DNA of 64,000 nucleotides from Nitrospirales bacterium (GTDB lineage Bacteria; Nitrospirota; Nitrospiria; Nitrospirales; UBA8639): NCBI GenBank assembly GCA_965203295.1, contig CBDBCZ010000013.1, positions 352,001 to 416,000 of the forward strand, read 5' to 3'. Shown piece by piece: positions 60,109 to 64,000 of this stretch (position 1 is its first letter; each line of letters starts with the position of its first letter). The notes under the pieces were generated by a model. It saw only the letters and a program-made list of their open reading frames with translations, ran no database searches and was not told where the DNA came from. The position numbers and the translations under genes were made by a program.

Positions 60109-63100
60109 CAGACTAAGTGTTGACCTATGTAAGAGTTTCAGGGACATGCTAGAAAGCGCCAAAATAGTACTTTTACGCTCCCTTAGCCATTACAAGTAAA
60201 ACTGTATTACGTACATACTTCAACAACTACTTTCTGAATCCCATCATCACCAAAAAAATACTGGTCAGATCTCTTCAGTAGGAAGTCTGTGAGGGCATCA
60301 AACATTCGCTCAATGTCTTCTGGGCTATAAAAGAGAAATTAAAATATATAACACTGTATTACTTTAGTTGCAAAAAGTTTAGATGTGAATTATTCTTGAA
60401 CCCTTCATAAGTGTAATGCTTTGGCATCTCATTTCACAAGGATGGTGTCTTGGCTCTTTTTGCTATACTCATAGGTTTTGTTAATTAATTCCTCTCTTAC
60501 TAGGCATGTAATTGACTTTCTTCTAAATCATTCTCATACACACTGCCTTCCTTTATGGGCTGTACCAACTTCCATAGCCATGCAGTTAGTTGTATGCTTG
60601 GGTTTAAGTTACAAAACATACCAGGCTGTCCTATTAGGGCCTAGTCTTCTAAACTGAAACTAAAGATTCAAATTTAGGTACTCCTTATCATGGAGCACTG
60701 TGGTACTCTCCAATTACCACTGTTTACAACATCTACAAAGCATAAACTTTTGCTCTAGATGTATAGTCACAAGCCTTAATGGTTATATAATTTTCCCTTT
60801 CACTGCTGAGTTTCCACTTCCTTTTGAAGGCATTTTTTTAATAGGCAGTAAACGCATTTGTAACACACATAGCCTCAGAGCTACAAACCATAAACTAAAG
60901 ACTGAATAAGAACAAAATGAATATTGTATCTTTTTGGAATATGTCCTTTTATTTTCGTAAATTTAAATTATTTTTTTCCTGGTAATGTGTACCTAATGGT
61001 ATTCAGAAGAACAATTACCTATTCAATGAACTGCATGGTACAGGATATTGTCCTCAGAAATAAAACCCACATTTTGTGGCAAAGAGTGCTCTCTAACCAC
61101 ATAGGAAAGAGTAACATGCAAAATTTAAATCTAGTGTAGATAAAGTTGTAGTCAGGTACTACCAATGTTGATACAACATGAATATCCCATTATTGCACAG
61201 CTCGGTACATATACATCTATTATGTGTCTATCGTTTATATACCTGACTGGAATTTTGTCCATATCGGGACCACTGGAGAGCAGTGCTTCCTTCACAGTAT
61301 CTGGATCTCCATGGTCTGGCACATTCAAAAAGACTCTGCAAAAGAAAATAAATAGCATATTATTATGTAGCTTTGAGTACAATGAGAAAGGAAGGAGTTG
61401 CGTGGTAAGTATTCAAATTAATGGATGCTGCAAGTTTACAGATCCCAAGATACAGGGGCAGCTTTCACAATAGTAGTAACTGAAAGAGCTCTAAAATCAG
61501 CTGAGTATTGTTTTATTGCAACTGATATGGTCCTGGCTTTCAAGGGAATGTTCATATGGTCTGTTATGGGATACACTAATTATTACTCTTCATTAATTGG
61601 TACCTTATAGCAGCCTTGAATTTGTCCCACCAGTTCCATTCAATCACCTCCCTTTAGAATAACAAAAATTGGCCATCAAGAGTCAAAACATATATAATGC
61701 TATGTGAATGTCCAATCAGTCTATGCATTGTTCAGCATGGACCACACTGCCAAATATGAATTAAGGTAAGTGAGCAGGGATGCGTGTAAGCATGTCTGAT
61801 GAGAGATAAGGTAACTAAATATGGGGAGGAACGTATATTCCTAACACCACACTTCAGCACTAATATGTACAAGCTTGCAACTACTGATCATGTTGGTAAT
61901 GTTTACTTACTGCATTACATCAACTTACGGTGCTTCCAATCTGTGCTCCTTCAAAAATCTTTCTAAGATCAGTGAATCCTTTATCTCACCAATCACTGAA
62001 TCCAGCGTTGCACCTGGAATTATTGGCAGTGTTAGCAATTTCCTCATGACTTTATGTATTAGTTACTGCAATATGCAGAAGCTCTAAAAGTGCATGGCTA
62101 GAAAAAAAGTAAATATATTTTGATGCTGAGACTGTACTTAAAACTGTTATGATTTGTCAAATGAAACTTTGATTAAAACAATGTGATTAATTGTTTTCTG
62201 TGATCCTGGCCCCATACTCTCCGTATACTATTATTATAACACACCAATACAGATACAAGGTTGAATCTAGACTAATACTAAGTAGAAATATCGATTAGTA
62301 GCAATGTCAAGCTTTTATTTCTAGTACCACTGTGGTGTTTTCCATCACTACTGTAGTGACAGACCACTATCTCCATGGTATGAGGTCATAATACACAATG
62401 GTATTGTCCTCCCACCCACATGCTCATTGAACTTCCAGTGTGATGAGGAACAACAAATGGTATTGTTGTGGCCTAACATAGTTATTATACCAAGTGAAAA
62501 AAACAAAAAATATGTTACCTTTTTATTTATCAAATTTTTTGATGTTATGCAAATAAATATTTACTTTTATTAGGCTACAAGTGAAATACTTGTCCCTTTA
62601 CTACACAATTCTGCAAGTGTTTTACCTATAAAGTAGAGCTACGTACTAGTAAGTTTGTCTCTCCCAAACTAAAAAGCTTGACAGGGCACTAATTAGGTTA
62701 ATAAAATGCTAAGCCAATTGTACCTTGTGGTTTCCATGTCTTGTTCTTTTTGTGTGTTGGTAGATCACAAGCAGCATCTTTCATCACCCTGAACTGATCG
62801 GGCACATAAGTGGACACGTATGCCTTGCACACCTGGCGAGTTTGCTCGATGCATCCATCCTTCACCACATCTTGGACGGCTGGTGAAAGTATTTCTTTAA
62901 CAAACCTGTTAATGCCTGGAGAGATAAGGGACAATAATTAATGATAGGATTAATGAATCAGAGTAAAACCACCTAAAGCCATATAAATACATCTGAATAT
63001 TAACAGAAATGTTGACTTCATTAGGTACACATATATTTCTGTCCAGGTTCTTGTGGATGTTGTTTCTTCTTACTCACTAAGTACTTTTCTTTTTTTTGTC

Positions 63101-64000
63101 TGCATTGCAAACAGCAGGTATAATGGATTATATTATATGTGTACTAGCATCAAACTATAAGCACACGGTGTAGCTATTATCATGACCACATATGAGATTA
63201 TTATTATTTGGACCAAATTGGCTACCCTATCTGTGTACATCTTTAATCAACTGCAGGACATGCACGATGCTTGGGATTCTGTAAGAATGGGTCTCAAACT
63301 AAAGTCTAGTGAGTCAAACAATCTATGTTGCTCTTTGTTTTACAACAGTTGTAAGTGCATGCTGCTACAGTCTTAGTGTATTCATATCTGTTTGTTATGT
63401 TTGTAGGCTGAGAAAAGAACATCCAAATAGGTGGCATAGTCGGGTGTCTCATATCTCTCTCCATCTACCCTCGTAGCTTACTAAACAGAAGCTAGCATGC
63501 AGACAATAATTCTACTACTGGTATATTTGCAAGCTAAGTGACATTACCATCATTGAGACGACATGTGGAGTATGGTCCCTTTATTTGACTCATTGCCCTT
63601 CGGCAATCCTCCCGACAAGTTTCCTTGAGAATAGTCAAATGCCGTGGGATCAATTCCTTGACTTTAGCACATGGCTTCTGTAGAGTATAACAGATTTATT
63701 CTTGCTTACCAGTTGACAACATCATCACATCTGCATAGTTGTCTAGTATAACATTATGTACATTATGTAGACTGAAGTAATGCAAAAATACCTCTGCTTC
63801 ATGAGTGTATTTATGAAGAAGGAGTTGGTAGACTTTACTGTCTTTTCCAGTGACAGTGTTTTGAAGTTCCCTCTTCTTGTCATGAATAATTTTGAGGCAG
63901 TGTTGAATATGAGCAACCTTTGCTCTAGTGGCTGTTGAAATGATGGCAAAGGGATTAGTAATAGCCCTTAAGTTGCTTTAAGGGTGCACTAGGTCACAGA

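Larger units (their letters stand above)
58300..63990 (-). pseudogene. Degenerate multi-exon gene or transposon gene of unknown identity
   Basis: Exon-like pieces on the minus strand (RFVKEILSPAVQDVVKDGC...; IIPGATLDSVIGEIKDSLILERFLKEH; VFLNVPDHGDPDTVKEALL; PEDIERMFDALTDFLLKR), with stops and frameshifts. Confidence 0.35.

Overview
Eukaryotic (animal) genomic DNA, rich in GT-AG introns and transposons; the gene families and repeat types fit a demosponge best (inference). Three host genes can be reconstructed on the + strand. (1) A signal-peptide / Pmp-like beta-helix / Cys-rich / multi-pass TM receptor-like gene (15072-23660), split in frame by a 4.9-kb CACAG-ended element with a 3-bp TSD. 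(2) A 4-exon FN3 + Cys/His motif + PARP-like ADP-ribosyltransferase gene with an intact H-Y-E triad (23972-29866). (3) A 3-exon, leaderless MACPF/CDC-like pore-former candidate with a beta-rich C-terminal domain (50806-56694). There is also a degraded DNAJC8-like copy. Mobile DNA includes a full-length CR1/L2-type LINE (33798-39047, minus) with a viral-type 2A motif and a U-UUU-UUA slippery heptamer where the ORF2 (-1) frame opens, and an 8.8-kb apparently intact CMC/EnSpm-like transposon with two divergent multi-exon genes (40687-49522). Smaller elements are nested Gypsy fragments, a 4.9-kb 28-bp satellite carrying three MITE families at the same monomer position, and Academ-, hAT-, Tc1/mariner-, Ginger-, Sola- and Helentron-like non-autonomous elements. 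All family assignments come from motif recognition by eye, not from database searches.
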